DNA of 41,199 bases, from contig NC_068986.1 in NCBI RefSeq assembly GCF_001194135.2, forward strand, positions 47,059,391 to 47,100,589, read 5' to 3'. The notes under the pieces are model-generated. The model had not been told where the DNA came from. It ran no database searches and was given only the letters and a program-made list of their open reading frames with translations. The translations under genes and the position numbers were made by a program. Origin of the DNA: Octopus bimaculoides (Eukaryota). Below, piece by piece: positions 9,266 through 20,990 of this stretch (within the stretch, counting starts at the first letter, position 1; each line of letters opens with the position of its first letter).

Positions 9266-10927
9266 ATCAGTAGACTGTAAACATCTGTAAAACTTTCCAG
9301 AAGTTTATCATTTAAGTATATATAAGCATGTCTAGACATGCAACTATATGCATGAGAATACATTCATAAAGTAAAACATACAAATCTGCACATATACATA
9401 CCGTAAAAAACCCCATGTAATTTGTGCACCTGTGTAATTTACGCAGGGGATTTTCAGGATAAAGATTGTTAAAAAAGCTTCTACTCATATAAAATTTGCA
9501 CCCAAAAGTTTTCAGAATTGCTGATATGGCCAGAGGAAAAGGCTTTCAATTTAGTTGTATTTAACAAAATTTCACTTACCTATGATTAGATTTCGTTAAA
9601 TTTTCATCAAATAAAAATAATTTCTGTTTAAATTATGAAGTGTTTGTGTTGTTTATCATAAACTTTATTTTACATTTCTTGCCCACAAGAGATTATGTCC
9701 AATCTTTAGCTTACTTCTGTATGTCTTCTCAAATCACAATCACAAGAAAAATTGTTGATAATTCTTAACAAAAGCAAAGCTGATAAATATGCACAAGTGT
9801 TGCAAAATAAGTTTAATTACCAATAAACATCAGCTTGGATGACACTTTACTCAACTGACAGAGGAAGGTAACCAATCAAACTGATTATGTAAACAGAATT
9901 CTGATTGGTCGAAAGTGTCTTCTTGTCTCAAGCTCTGATTTTCTGCCTATTCTTGTTGGAACCTTTGATATGGAGTATCGAAATTTTAATCCCTTTCACA
10001 CTTATAAAATGTCAAGCAAACTTTAAAATCTGTTATTACCGTTTTAGCCGGGAGACCAAACTGATAGTTTGGTAACCTACTAAAATAAACATTAAAAATC
10101 GAAACGAGAAAATAAACAGCTATGCAAGTTTAACTCAGTGTTTGTTGAACAAGAGAGCGGCAAAATTTAAGAAGTGACTTGTTAGAATATACACATCTGT
10201 GAGGAGACATAAACAAGAATAGCAAAAATCTACTATACCAAAAGAACTGGTAATACATACATTATAAATGTTCTATGAAGAGAACATAAGATTGCTGCGT
10301 AGGAATTATGATGTTGTCATTGGTGTTAGGTGCAGTAAGAGCTTGTAGTGGTTAAGTGTGTATCAGTATGTGTTAAGGTGAACAAATGCCATAAACATGT
10401 GGATGCCTTTGAAGTAAACAAATAAATGACATCAATTCATAGTTAAAATAATTTATTTACTGTACTTGCATTTGCATTTGGTATACAATATTCTTCACTA
10501 CGTGCTGGACGGTATAATGCTTACATTTTCTGTATAAATTTACTAAAATCATTAAATGGGTAACTACTTTTTGAAGTTTGACATTCATGTTGGTAATTAC
10601 AGTCCAGGCCATAGTTTACATTGCTTGGAGTTTCTACCTATCGCAATGGAGCCCAGCAATTTCCTTAAATAGATCAGTTTTTCACCGCTTAAGAAGCGTA
10701 GCTTGCATTTGCCTCCAGGAAGCCATTGCTTGCTTTCTCCACATTAGAACAATGAAATTCATCACCTCGAACATCGTCGTTACCAGCTTGTAAAAATTAA
10801 ACTTCCTTCTCCAAGCTTAGATTCGAAACTGAATCTAAGGATTCTCGGTCATCCAAACCACCATGATCAACAGGCGAGAAAAAAGGTTTTCTTTGCCCTG
10901 TCAAAAAAATGATAAATCGTCTCCCTT

Positions 10928-10940
10928 TGACCTATGACCT
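10928..10940. promoter_or_regulatory. Perfect DR1 nuclear-receptor element TGACCTaTGACCT
   Basis: Exact direct repeat of two AGGTCA half-sites (minus strand) with a 1-nt spacer; function untested. Confidence 0.4.
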
Positions 10941-11404
10941 CAGCTACGTCATGCAAAGCTCAAATGGACAGGAGCTGACCTATTTAGGCACAATCTCTGC
11001 TGCAGTATGTCTGTCCACAGCGGTTATAAAATACTGTGGTCAACAGAGAGACAGACAGAAAGGCCTAGGACACAGACAAGAAAGGCTTTGGCAGACAGAC
11101 TGAAAGGTTCATGGCACTTTGGCAGATAGAAAGGTTCATGGCAGACTACTTTCTCAGATGAATGACGCATGCGCACACACACATACACTGTAATGTGGTC
11201 AGTGGTTAGGCTTTAGAAGGTCTGAAACCAACAGACCTCGAGACTAGGAGGAGGTGAGTTTTTATAGTAGCAGTAGTCTCAAATAGAGGGTGTGTGTGTG
11301 TGTGTGTGTGTGCGTGCGTATGTGTGTGTGTATTAAATATTCACACACATGCACACACACTTTTCGTTTCAGTATAGAGTTAGTAAAAATGTACATTTTT
11401 GCTA

Positions 11405-11725
11405 GATGCACATGGTTCAGTGGTTACCACCTTGGGCTCACAATCATGAGATAGTGAGTTCGATTCCTAGCCCAGGTTGTGTGTTTTATTCTTGAGCAAG
11501 TCACTTTATTTCTTGTTGCTCCTGTTCACTGAGCTAGAGGAATGAGTTGCAACATCACTGGTCTCAAGCTGATTCAGCCTTTGCATTTCCCTTGGATAAC
11601 ATCTGTGGTATGGAGAGGGGAGGCTGGTATGAATGGGTGACTGCTAGTCTTTCATAAACAATCTTGCCCAGACTTGTGCCTCAGAGGGGAACTTTCTAGG
11701 TGCATCCTATGATTATTCATGAAAA
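11405..11725 (+). mobile_element. tRNA-derived SINE
   Basis: A-box-like GGTTCAGTGGTTA and B-box-like GTGAGTTCGATTCC, then TTCTTGAGCAAGTCACTTTATTTC core. Confidence 0.7.
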
Positions 11726-12095
11726 AAGCGGATCTAAAAGTAAGAATAGTAGCAAAGTTGTGTTCAAGGGTAGGTAACTCTGTCTCACAAAAAGGGGCTT
11801 TTGCTTCAGAAATTCTTTTTTTTTTATGACCAAGCTGACCAAGATAGTATTTTTACCTCTATTTCTAAAGAAGTTATGTGCCTCCTACCAGCAGGTTCAA
11901 TGGGGGATCTTTTCTGTTTGGTTGCCAATTTTCTGTTTGAATTGATTTCATATTCAGTGTAATGACACACTTTTATAGGCTAATTAATGACATGAAAATA
12001 ATTTTCGCTATAAATCAATAAAGAGTTATTAGTAACTAAAGTTTGAAAATTTTGGTAATTGTAGCCAATCGTAAGCCACAGACACATTCATGTTT

Positions 12096-12151
12096 GTTTC
12101 AATAGTAACAAGTGAAAACATGAGAACTATCTTGCCTGTTGCCATAGTAAC
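12096..12151. promoter_or_regulatory. Pair of RFX X-box-like motifs
   Basis: GTTTCAATAGTAAC (12096-12109) and GTTGCCATAGTAAC (12138-12151), with CCAAT at 12065 and CACGTG at ~12177. May instead belong to a DNA transposon. Confidence 0.35.
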
Positions 12152-13029
12152 AGTCTTTGAAAAGTCTGTGAGGAAGCACGTGTTGACAGCATTCTTTGAA
12201 AAGTCTTTTATCTGCGAGAAAGCACATGTTGATTTATTTACATGAAAGAAAATTACCAGAGAACTTTCCAATTCTTCCAAATCTTTCTGTTAAAAATTGT
12301 AAAGTGGTTATTGCATGTAGCGTGTTGTTTATCAACACATATTGAATGCTTAAAAGCTTGTTTTTTAAGCATATCTAAATTGTAACAAAACATATTTATT
12401 GCCAACATCTCGCTCAGAGATTTAAAACTAACTGTTTTTCTCTTTTAAATTAACATAAACATTTATTTAGATGAAAGAAAATTATGGGAGAGCTTTCGTG
12501 CCAAAACTAACAGCTAAATAAGCTTTACTTACATGAAAGAAAATTACTGAAGACATAACACTTGTTGTTTACAAATATTGACAAAACATGCTATTTTTAG
12601 GATATTGATGACAAAATGTGCAGTCACGCACAAAATGACAGATTCCAAATCTTGTTGCTTGACTGGGTGAAAATGATAAAACTTTAAACCTCTATAACTT
12701 TTTTAAAACATTTTTCTGGAAAAAATGAAATAACTCCAGCAATTCAGTTTGGTAAAGTGTATTATTGTACTAAATTAAAAAAATTTCAGTGAAATTTAAT
12801 TTTTGGAGCCACTGGCATCCAAACCGAAAAGATACCCAATGGGTTGCTCATATTGCCAAGTGCAAAAATAGACGTGAAACCAATGATTACATAAGATGTT
12901 ACCACTCAGGATATTTTCTTACAATGTACTTTTCTTGGGATTCATGGACAACCGGTCGATTTTTTACACTCCCCACTTGTAAAGTGTATAGCAATAGGCC
13001 ACCACATGATTTGTGTTTTATAGCAGCCC

Positions 13030-13700
13030 CCACCCTTCCCCCAGCAGTAGGCTTCTATGATATGGCAATGAAAGCATTCAACAGTGCGGATAGCTGCAAC
13101 CTCATATATACACTGGCTACCTTAACGAAGTATTTTCGGTGAGTACATTTTGGTCTATACTGAGATGATACTTTAGTCTTCCCTAGAGGTGCAAACAGGC
13201 ACACCTTGGATTGGCTTAGACAGGAAGTAACTCATTCGCTTGTCTCCCTTGGTTTTAAGGTTATTAGATGTTATGCACGACGATTTGGGTACCTGTTCAC
13301 AGAAGCCTTATTGCAAACCAAATGAAAGGTTGTTGTATATTAAAATAACCTCCTTCCACCAATCTATTGTGTTTAAAAACCTGGTGAAGGGTGTCAGTAA
13401 AAGTATATTGAATCTGTCCTTGAATAAAGACATTTTCAACACTGCAGCCCCTTATTACAACGAGGCTTTGGCAGACAGCATGTTTAAGTACCACATCTCC
13501 TCTATGCCTGGACTTAAAACTCACAAAAGAAAGTGTCACCATAAGGTCTTTTGGTTTTGTTGCCTTACCCTTCTCACTGAATGTTAAAACCTGCTTGGGA
13601 AGGATCTTCCTTAAATTAGTAGACAAGCATTTCACACAATCCCATAAGTACAGGCAATTACTTAATAGATACAACTTAAGGGTCTCGTTCAGCTATATAC
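13030..13700 (+). mobile_element. Decayed Penelope-like retroelement, reverse transcriptase and linker region
   Basis: YDMAMKAFNSADSCNL (FDVAMGSFDGAEVCEL-like), FGLY*DD (GLYRDDG-like), IVFKNLVKGVSKSILNLSLNKDIFNTAAPYYNEAL, RKCHHKVFWF, NVKTCLGRIFLKLVDKHF. Stops and frameshifts present. Confidence 0.85.
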
Positions 13701-13879
13701 CCAGTGGATGCCTCTAAGTTCTGCCCAGAGGCAGGATGCTCATGTAGGGTTCAGAGGTTCATGTAGGTTTCAGGTAGGATTCAGAGAAGGTTGATGCAAC
13801 TCTGTGGCTGTACTCTATGAGGCCGAGTAGGTGTTTAGGAGTAGCAGCAGCAACAACAACAGCAGAAGCACAAACAACA

Positions 13880-14240
13880 GATTCACCAAAAACAGCAAGG
13901 GATGCTGTCAGGATTCTTGGCTCTCCAATCCTCTCAAAAGAAATAACAAGAGTGCTTGGATCCCAAGCTTGAGGACCTGTCCAGGATGACAGAGAATTGC
14001 ACTTCATTGATGAGTACCTGGCACTCTTTCACTTGAAGAATTGCTTTGCCTCCCCTAAGATCCTTTTCTCACTATGTCCTGTACCATGTTACCTTCTCAC
14101 AGACCACCTCAACAAAATCAGTGACACCATCCATGAAATGAAATCTATCAATTACTTAGAACAGATGTTAAGTTTTCATTACATAAATGATCCAATAGGT
14201 GTTGGAGTTCTAGGAAGTATTGTTGTGGTTAGATTAGCAT
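13880..14240 (+). mobile_element. Decayed CRE-like non-LTR retrotransposon fragment (post-RT region)
   Basis: RILGSPIL...ALFHLKNCFASPKILFSLCPVPCY...IGVGVLG resembles the VLGSPI...LLKNCxSIPKLLYLLRTSPCY...GGLGI pattern. Confidence 0.5.
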
Positions 14241-14479
14241 AACTGAGCTGAGTTGTTAGTAATAAGAAGAGCATTCATATGTCAAAACACATACACCAAG
14301 AGAAACCGTCCAACTCATATAAGCAACAAAACTACATATACATAAATGCAGTGGCCTTGCCTAAGCTTATAGAAAATATCAGAAAAGGGTAGCCTATGAT
14401 CATCCCTTTTTAAAGCTGTGCTTCTTTGCAAAAATATAAAATCAACTAAGTGCAAAACTAGCCAATTTAATTGTTTCTT

Positions 14480-14673
14480 TTCTACTCTAGGCACAAGGCT
14501 CGAAATTTGTGCGGAGGCAGTGGGGGCAGTCTTGTACTTAATTTATCGACCCCAAAAGGATGAAAGGCAAAGTCGACCTTGGCGAAATTTGAACTCAGAA
14601 CGTAAAAGACAGACGAAATACCACTGAGCATTTCGCCTGGAGTGCTAACGTTTCTGCCAGCTTGCTGCCTTAG
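14480..14673 (-). mobile_element. tRNA-derived SINE, fairly intact
   Basis: Minus strand: AGCTGGCAGAAACGTTAGCAC...GTTCTGAGTTCAAATTTCGCCAAGGTCGACTTTGCCTTTCATCC...GATAAATTAAGTAC; near match to 36780-36930. Confidence 0.8.
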
Positions 14674-14989
14674 TCTAATTGTTTCTGTTGGCAGCAAAGA
14701 GTTTCTTTATATGCAAAGGTATACTGATCAATGACTTCATAAACTGGTGTGCTGCAAAGCAGACAAACATGGGAACTGAGTGTTGAAGATCTATGGAATC
14801 TATACAGATATGTGCTGAACATAGTTCATTGGATGTGTGATATTAACTAGTAGGAAAAAATGGACAAATGATTTGGGAGAATTGCTGAAGTATTAAAGCT
14901 TGTAGGGGAGACAACTGTGGTAGTATAGATATTTGATGCACATGAATGACGAATGTTGGGTACATAAAATACCAAGGCCTCTTAGTTAA

Positions 14990-15600
14990 TGGCACTGATG
15001 GAAAAGTTCAACTAAAGAAAATGTTGATATTTAATTCTGCCTTTTCTTATCTTACCAAGCTTTAGAGAAACGGATGCCAGATATTTCTGGTTAAGTTAAG
15101 ATGTCTGTCTGTGTACAAATATTTTTGTTCCAGTCTTTGCTTATTATTTTTGGTTGGCTTACCTTGACCTCCTTGTTAGCTTCAATATGCAAATCCCAGA
15201 TGATCGTGGCTAAGTCCCAGTCATGAACTCTTTTTGGTATATGCTTATACCACTTCCTGTTTGTTTTCATGTTGAAGTATTAGCATATTGTCCAGTGGAT
15301 ATAGCTGTTGACTCAACAGTGTCTGTGAATATGCTTGAACTTGGCAAGGACTAGGTAGTCATTTGTGTAGCTGAGTGGAGTTAGTCTGCTTTGGGTGATG
15401 CCTGTATGAGGGCAGAACTTTTGAGTCTGCTGTGTAAACCTGCATAGGTAGTGTTGGCCTGACGAGTGCATGACAATCTCAAGGGCTATTCTAGGCAGCA
15501 CACTCTAGCTATGCCACTGTGGAGATGATGTTGCCAGTCATCTCATTGTACTGGTTGCAAGGACTGCACTTGATGTTAGAATCTTCTTTCACTGTTTTAC
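14990..15600 (-). mobile_element. Decayed R4/Dong-like REL-LINE C-terminal fragment
   Basis: VLAKFKHIHRHC*VNSYIHWTIC...KWYKHIPKRVH...IIWDLHIEANKEVKV: the zinc-knuckle/RH/W-Y-x-H-x-P/ILWD signature. Confidence 0.7.
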
Positions 15601-16499
15601 TTATTCATAGGTGGGTATTACTCTCCAGTATCTAGAATAAAAACTTTGTTTCATCTTTTAGCCCAGGGTTTTTGATCCATTACTGACTATCACACAAGTT
15701 AACTTCTCCTCTTTGGGGACATTATCTACAGAGTGTGATTTTTCTGTCCAGTTTCCACTTCAGTATATCTGAGGATTTCTTTTTGATGTTTTTCTTTCTG
15801 TGGATTTGTTCTTATCTAAATCTTTTATTTCAGAGTAGTAGTCTCAAGTTTGCACTAAATTTCCTTATATATGTCAAAAAAAAAAAAAAAGTTCTTTGAT
15901 GGGATTTTCCATATTTTTTATTATTATTAAACCTTTCAGTTTCTCTTTGCTTTAAAGTATTTTTCAAGTCCTTTTGTTGCTTTATAGTAGGTTTCTATCT
16001 GTATAAGACAGTCCATCATGTGCAGAGTAGGTATATTAAGAGAGAGAGAGGCTAATTGTTTTTAGATAGGTGCCAACAAAGAAAAATATCTTCCACAATG
16101 AACTGTGACCCAATGAATTATGGAGCGCTAAAAATTTGTTAAAGGATTGGGAAAAAAAAAAACACCTTGTGACATTTGTTCTGACTGATTACATTTTGGG
16201 TTCAAATTCCACCAAGGTTTTGGAGGAGAAGCTTTAGAACACCATCCCTAGGTTTTTGTTTTTCTGTCTAAGCTCTTCAATTTGCTAATTTCCAGTTTAT
16301 TACATTGAAGTTGTAGTTTATAATTAGGATGACCAGTGTGTTAATGCCTATTATCTTAATTCTAACAATGAGTTCAGTTTTTAATATTAGTGTTCTTTCC
16401 TAAATTTCTCCTTCATTTTTGTGTTGTATTTTATCATTTTCATTTCCTTCTATAGTTGGTTCTTATTTAAATCTCTGATTTTATTGTCTATTTTATCGT

Positions 16500-16835
16500 T
16501 TGTCTTTTATTTATTTCAGTCGTTGAATTGTGGTTATGCCGGGGCACTGCCTTGAAGGGTTTAGCTGAACAAATCAACTCCAGTACTTATTCTATCAGTC
16601 TCTTCTGCTGAACTGCTAATTACAGGGATGTACACAAACTACTACCAGTTGTCAAGCAGAGGGAGAGACTAATGCAAATGCAAAGACACAAGACACACCC
16701 ACATCTCTCTCTATCTCTCACCACCTGTCCATCCATCCATCCACTTCCCCCTCTCTCTACATGTATATTTATACATGTATGTGTGTGTGTGTAGGTGGGG
16801 GACAGACTTCCACACTGTACATCTACCAAATTCAC
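16500..16835 (-). mobile_element. OK/OR-type SINE, decayed
   Basis: Homologous to 3200-3610 (GGGGCACTGCCTTGAAGGG...CTACCAAATTCACTCA). Confidence 0.7.
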
Positions 16836-16964
16836 TCAAGAGTCATTGGCTAGCTAATGACTCTTAAGTAGAAGGATAGTTTCAGAGAGATGTGGTTCTG
16901 GGAAGGAAGTACTGGGAAAAATTATTTCATACTGGAGTTTAGAAGAATGAGATATAGTAGAAGG

Positions 16965-17228
16965 CAGGGCCAGTGCTTGGAAGTGTAAGACCCAATTAGA
17001 GAATTGTCAGTGGGACCCCTACTCTACAAAAATTGAAGACTGATGTTTTATGCTTCATGTACTAGTCTCAGCTAAAAAGTGATGGAGAGGTTGAGGTTAA
17101 ACCATAAGCCAAAATAATATACTATAAATTCACCATAGTACCGTCCGCTCAAGTGTGAGCATGGGGCCCTCTCTTGGTGTGGGACCCAATTTGAGCAAAT
17201 CTGTCTAATTGCCTTAAAACTGGCTCTA
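16965..17228. mobile_element. Possible PIF/Harbinger-type MITE
   Basis: Imperfect TIRs CAGGGCCAGT / ACTGGCTCTA with internal GGGGCCC/GGGACCC motifs; no clear TSD. Confidence 0.35.
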
Positions 17229-17728
17229 CTAGAAAAGATCAGCAAATACAGAATGGTAGAGAACATTATCACTGCAGTAGTGGTGTAGCTAGAGTGTGTG
17301 TGCTGCCTGTTTCAAACATATTTATCAATGGGGAACATTATGTTTTCTTGTTCATTATATCCATTTCAGACAGGGTGATTTGTCACAGTTTAGCTAGTTG
17401 ATAGGACACAATATAAAATCTTCAAGGAATGTGTGTCACATAGAACAGACTCTAGTAATATATCTCATAAGATTTTTCTTTTTTTCTTCTAAATAATATT
17501 GTAACTGATTATTATGAATTTATCAGGTTCCTAAAATGATTATTAATATTTCTGCAAGTTGTATGAAGTTGAGCTGAAAGTTGCCAGGAAGGCAACCAGC
17601 AAAAATGAATGGTAGTTGAAATTCTATTTCTCAATGGCTCAGTCCATCTGATAGCAAGTGGTAGCACTAAAAGATAAATGTGTGCTGTGCTGGTGTTAGT
17701 GTTGAATTTAATTCCTTCTCTTGGTATA

Positions 17729-17731
<3 letters not shown>

Positions 17732-17783
<52 letters not shown>
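17732..17783. repeat. (AG)n microsatellite
   Basis: About 26 perfect AG units. Confidence 0.95.
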
Positions 17784-17787
<4 letters not shown>

Positions 17788-19049
17788 TTTTTTATTAGAT
17801 AAACTCCACAAAGAAAAATATCTTCCATAATGTTTCTGTGACCCAAAAAATTATGGGGAGCTAAAAGTATCATTTGAACATTGTGGAAAAAAATTACCTT
17901 ATGATATTTGCTCTGATTCTTTACATTGAGAGTTCAAATCCCACTGAAGTCAACTTTGTCTTTCATCCTTTAAGGGCTGGCAAAGAAAAGTACCAGTCAA
18001 GTGCTGGGGACAATGATATCAACTAACACCTTCCCCTTCAAAATTCCGGGTCTTGTGATTATAACAGAAATCATTAGTATTAAACAACCTTAATTATTAA
18101 AAAAAAGAACAGTTTTAGCTCTAGATATTTAAATAAGACATTAGTTGTCATTTATTCCTTGGTCAGTTCTGAAATGACCTATAGTTAAAGGCAGTACACT
18201 TGTGACCAACCTAGCTTTTTTTATCCAGGCAGTATATCTGATGTGTTCTTATTTGGCTCTTCAAGAGAGTCGGGTATGACTGGAAAGGAAATTGATTGCT
18301 ATTTCTAGCAAGTCAGGTGACCATGTAGAAACTTCATTATCGATCTGTGGCACGAGCCACTAAGGAATCATTGTTGTTAGTAGTCCACCCCATTTCATCT
18401 TTGACTTAACAGACCTATGATCAAAATGTTCCAGCGTGGCCATCTATTTATCTCATGGAGATTACTTATCAAAGAAATATGGCTGCCATTTCTAGAAGGT
18501 CAAACAATCATGTAGGACCTTCTTCTTTGGCCTCTGGACATTGGAAGTGTTCCTTTCAAATAGGTAAAAGCAGAAGTCCATTTCTAAATTTATTAGAAAT
18601 TATTCCATGGTCATATGAAAAATTCAATTTATATTTTTTTTCTTATTGCTTATCCTATTTTATTCTTTTAACAAGTAACAAAGAAACTACATCAGATAAT
18701 TATTAGAATCTTGAATTTACATGATATCTCTTTCTGAATAAAATCCATGTTCATACATTTAAATTGAATCCTAACTGATGGATGTCCAGCAAATAAAAAG
18801 GTAAAATTTGCAAATTTGAATTATATTGTTTCAAAACAAAATATTGAATTTTCCTCAAAGAATCATCTTTCTTGTCATTTCAGCAAAGAAGTTGAACATT
18901 TTAGGCTGTTTTTCATGTCATTGAAAAATATTAGGAAAGACTTGACTGTTTCAATGAACAGTCACATGATACAATCTATGTAGTAGATAAATTTCATGCA
19001 CCACATCTTTAGAATGTGGGCCACATACATATTCAAGCCCTGAACTTTA

Positions 19050-19460
19050 GCACAATAAGACACTAACTATCCAGTCATCTTGTCAGCCCACTTTTTTTGG
19101 AAGGGTCATCAGAGTAGAGTCCAGCCACCTCCTCCATAGGTTTCTATCAGAAGCCACCATCAATAGACTTTCTATTTGGATTCCTAATGGTGACCAATTG
19201 AAAAACTGAAGAATCTGTCTTGTGATTCTTTCTTGTAATATGCTAATCCCATGGCTGTAGTGCTGGAGCTTTCACCTCTCAATACAATGAAGCAGTGGCT
19301 TGAACTTGAGAGACTCTTTGATCTTCAAGGTAAGTACTCTGTCAAGTAAAGTTACCCCAGAGATCCTCTGGAGGAATCTCATTTCGGCCACTAGTATTTG
19401 CAATAATACTCTTTAAGTCATCATTCAACATTCATGACCATAGGTGAGGATAGGCACTGA
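19050..19460 (-). mobile_element. Decayed RTE-clade (Expander/Rex3-like) LINE 3' fragment
   Basis: PILTYGHEC*MMT...VAEMRFLQRISGVTLLDRV...KPLLHCIER*KLQHYSH. Confidence 0.75.
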
Positions 19461-20539
19461 CTGCAACTGTTCTATTTTAACATTACAGTTTACACAAGCA
19501 AAGCAGACAAGAGCTAATAATAACTGGGTAAACATCAATAAAACATTTCTATGAAAAATAATTTAAATGTTTCTTATTGAGAGGAAATGTATCTGATGTA
19601 TATACTAGGACATAGAACAACACTTAATATAGGGCATGCCCTTTTAATGAAAAAAAAAAAAAATTATAAGAGCTATTACATTTATTCAGTATTTTATTAT
19701 ATTAGTCATTACAGATTGAATAAAGAGGGCTTTGGCTTCTGGTTCAATAGTAGACATGTTTTTTTTATTCTGAAATTGGCTGCTCTGTGACCATGATCAA
19801 AATATTTAAATCTCACTGGCCCTGTTGATGTCACTGGAAATACAGTTTACTGCAGGATGGAATGAAAGCTGAGTGAAGACAAAGAACATTTTATGTTGGT
19901 TTGCTGAATATAAACCTTATTGAGGGCAGTTAAAATTAATGCCTTTGGATATAAGTTAATTTTATGCTTAATATTAATCGAAACAATCTAAATAACATAT
20001 TCAAGTGAAATAATAGTAACCATAAAATAAAACATGGTTTTTTCTAAGTAAACTGTGCAACTTAAACTTATGAGAACTAGGTGGAAAGTGTTTATCACTT
20101 GTCACATATTGCTGGCCTCCTGCAACTGTTTTCAGTGCAAGCTTTTTAAAGTGCTACTTTTCAACACTTGCTTTGTAACAGTTTTGGTCTATAATAGTGA
20201 AGCCTAGACAATAACAGAAACATAAGGAAGAAAATGCTGGACTTTGCTCTCTTTTAACATTTTCACATGGAGTAATTTTTTTCTATCAATAAATAAATAT
20301 ATATTCAGTAAAAAAAAACAAAAATATCAAAATTTAATTGCAAGGGTGCAAATTTTGTGCGGGCAAATAGCATTTTCCATTCAAAATTAATTTAGATTGG
20401 ACATATTTTTTAGAAGGTTAAATATAACACTGGCCACTGTTTTGAATAATGAAAATCAAGCTAAAAAGACTTATCCCTATTGGAAAGCTTACTGAAGGAC
20501 ATGTATTTCCCAACTTTCTGACATATCACTGGATGCAAT

Positions 20540-20990
20540 ATTAGATTTAGTGAAGCTGTTGACCATGACAGATTCAGAACCACAAAGATGTTCTCCCTTC
20601 CAGACAGCACAGAAAGGGTTTCTTCAAAGCAGTTGTTGAATCAATACTTCTTCATGTCTCTTCAGCATGGACACTGAGCAAGAGACTTAAAAAAAAGAAA
20701 TTTGACTGTACATACATGAGAATAGTTCATGCAGTTCTCAATCTTTCTTGGCAGCAATATCCAACAAAGCAGTGACTGAATGGCAGCCATCACCTTGATA
20801 ATGAAACGAAGAACATGTTACACCAGGCACTGCTGGAGAAGCAAGGATGAAATATCCAGTGTTCCTCTTCTTTGGAAACCCACACATGGACATACGAATA
20901 TCAGTTGAGGATGAAAAGCATATGCCAAATTGTCAAAGGCATTGTGAAGTTGAGGATATGAAGACTGCTATGGAAGATTGGGACATCTGT
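20540..20990 (+). mobile_element. Decayed RTE-clade LINE 3' fragment
   Basis: FFKAVVESILLHVSSAWTLSKRL...DCTYMRIVHAVLNLSWQQYPTKQ...RHCWRSKDEISSVPLLWKPTHG. Confidence 0.8.

Noticed and set aside
15492-17310. Inverted ~27-bp match between ~15492-15518 and ~17275-17308 as the TIRs of one element
   Set aside because: The TIR-like ends face outward, so they are more likely ends of separate small elements; no TSD.
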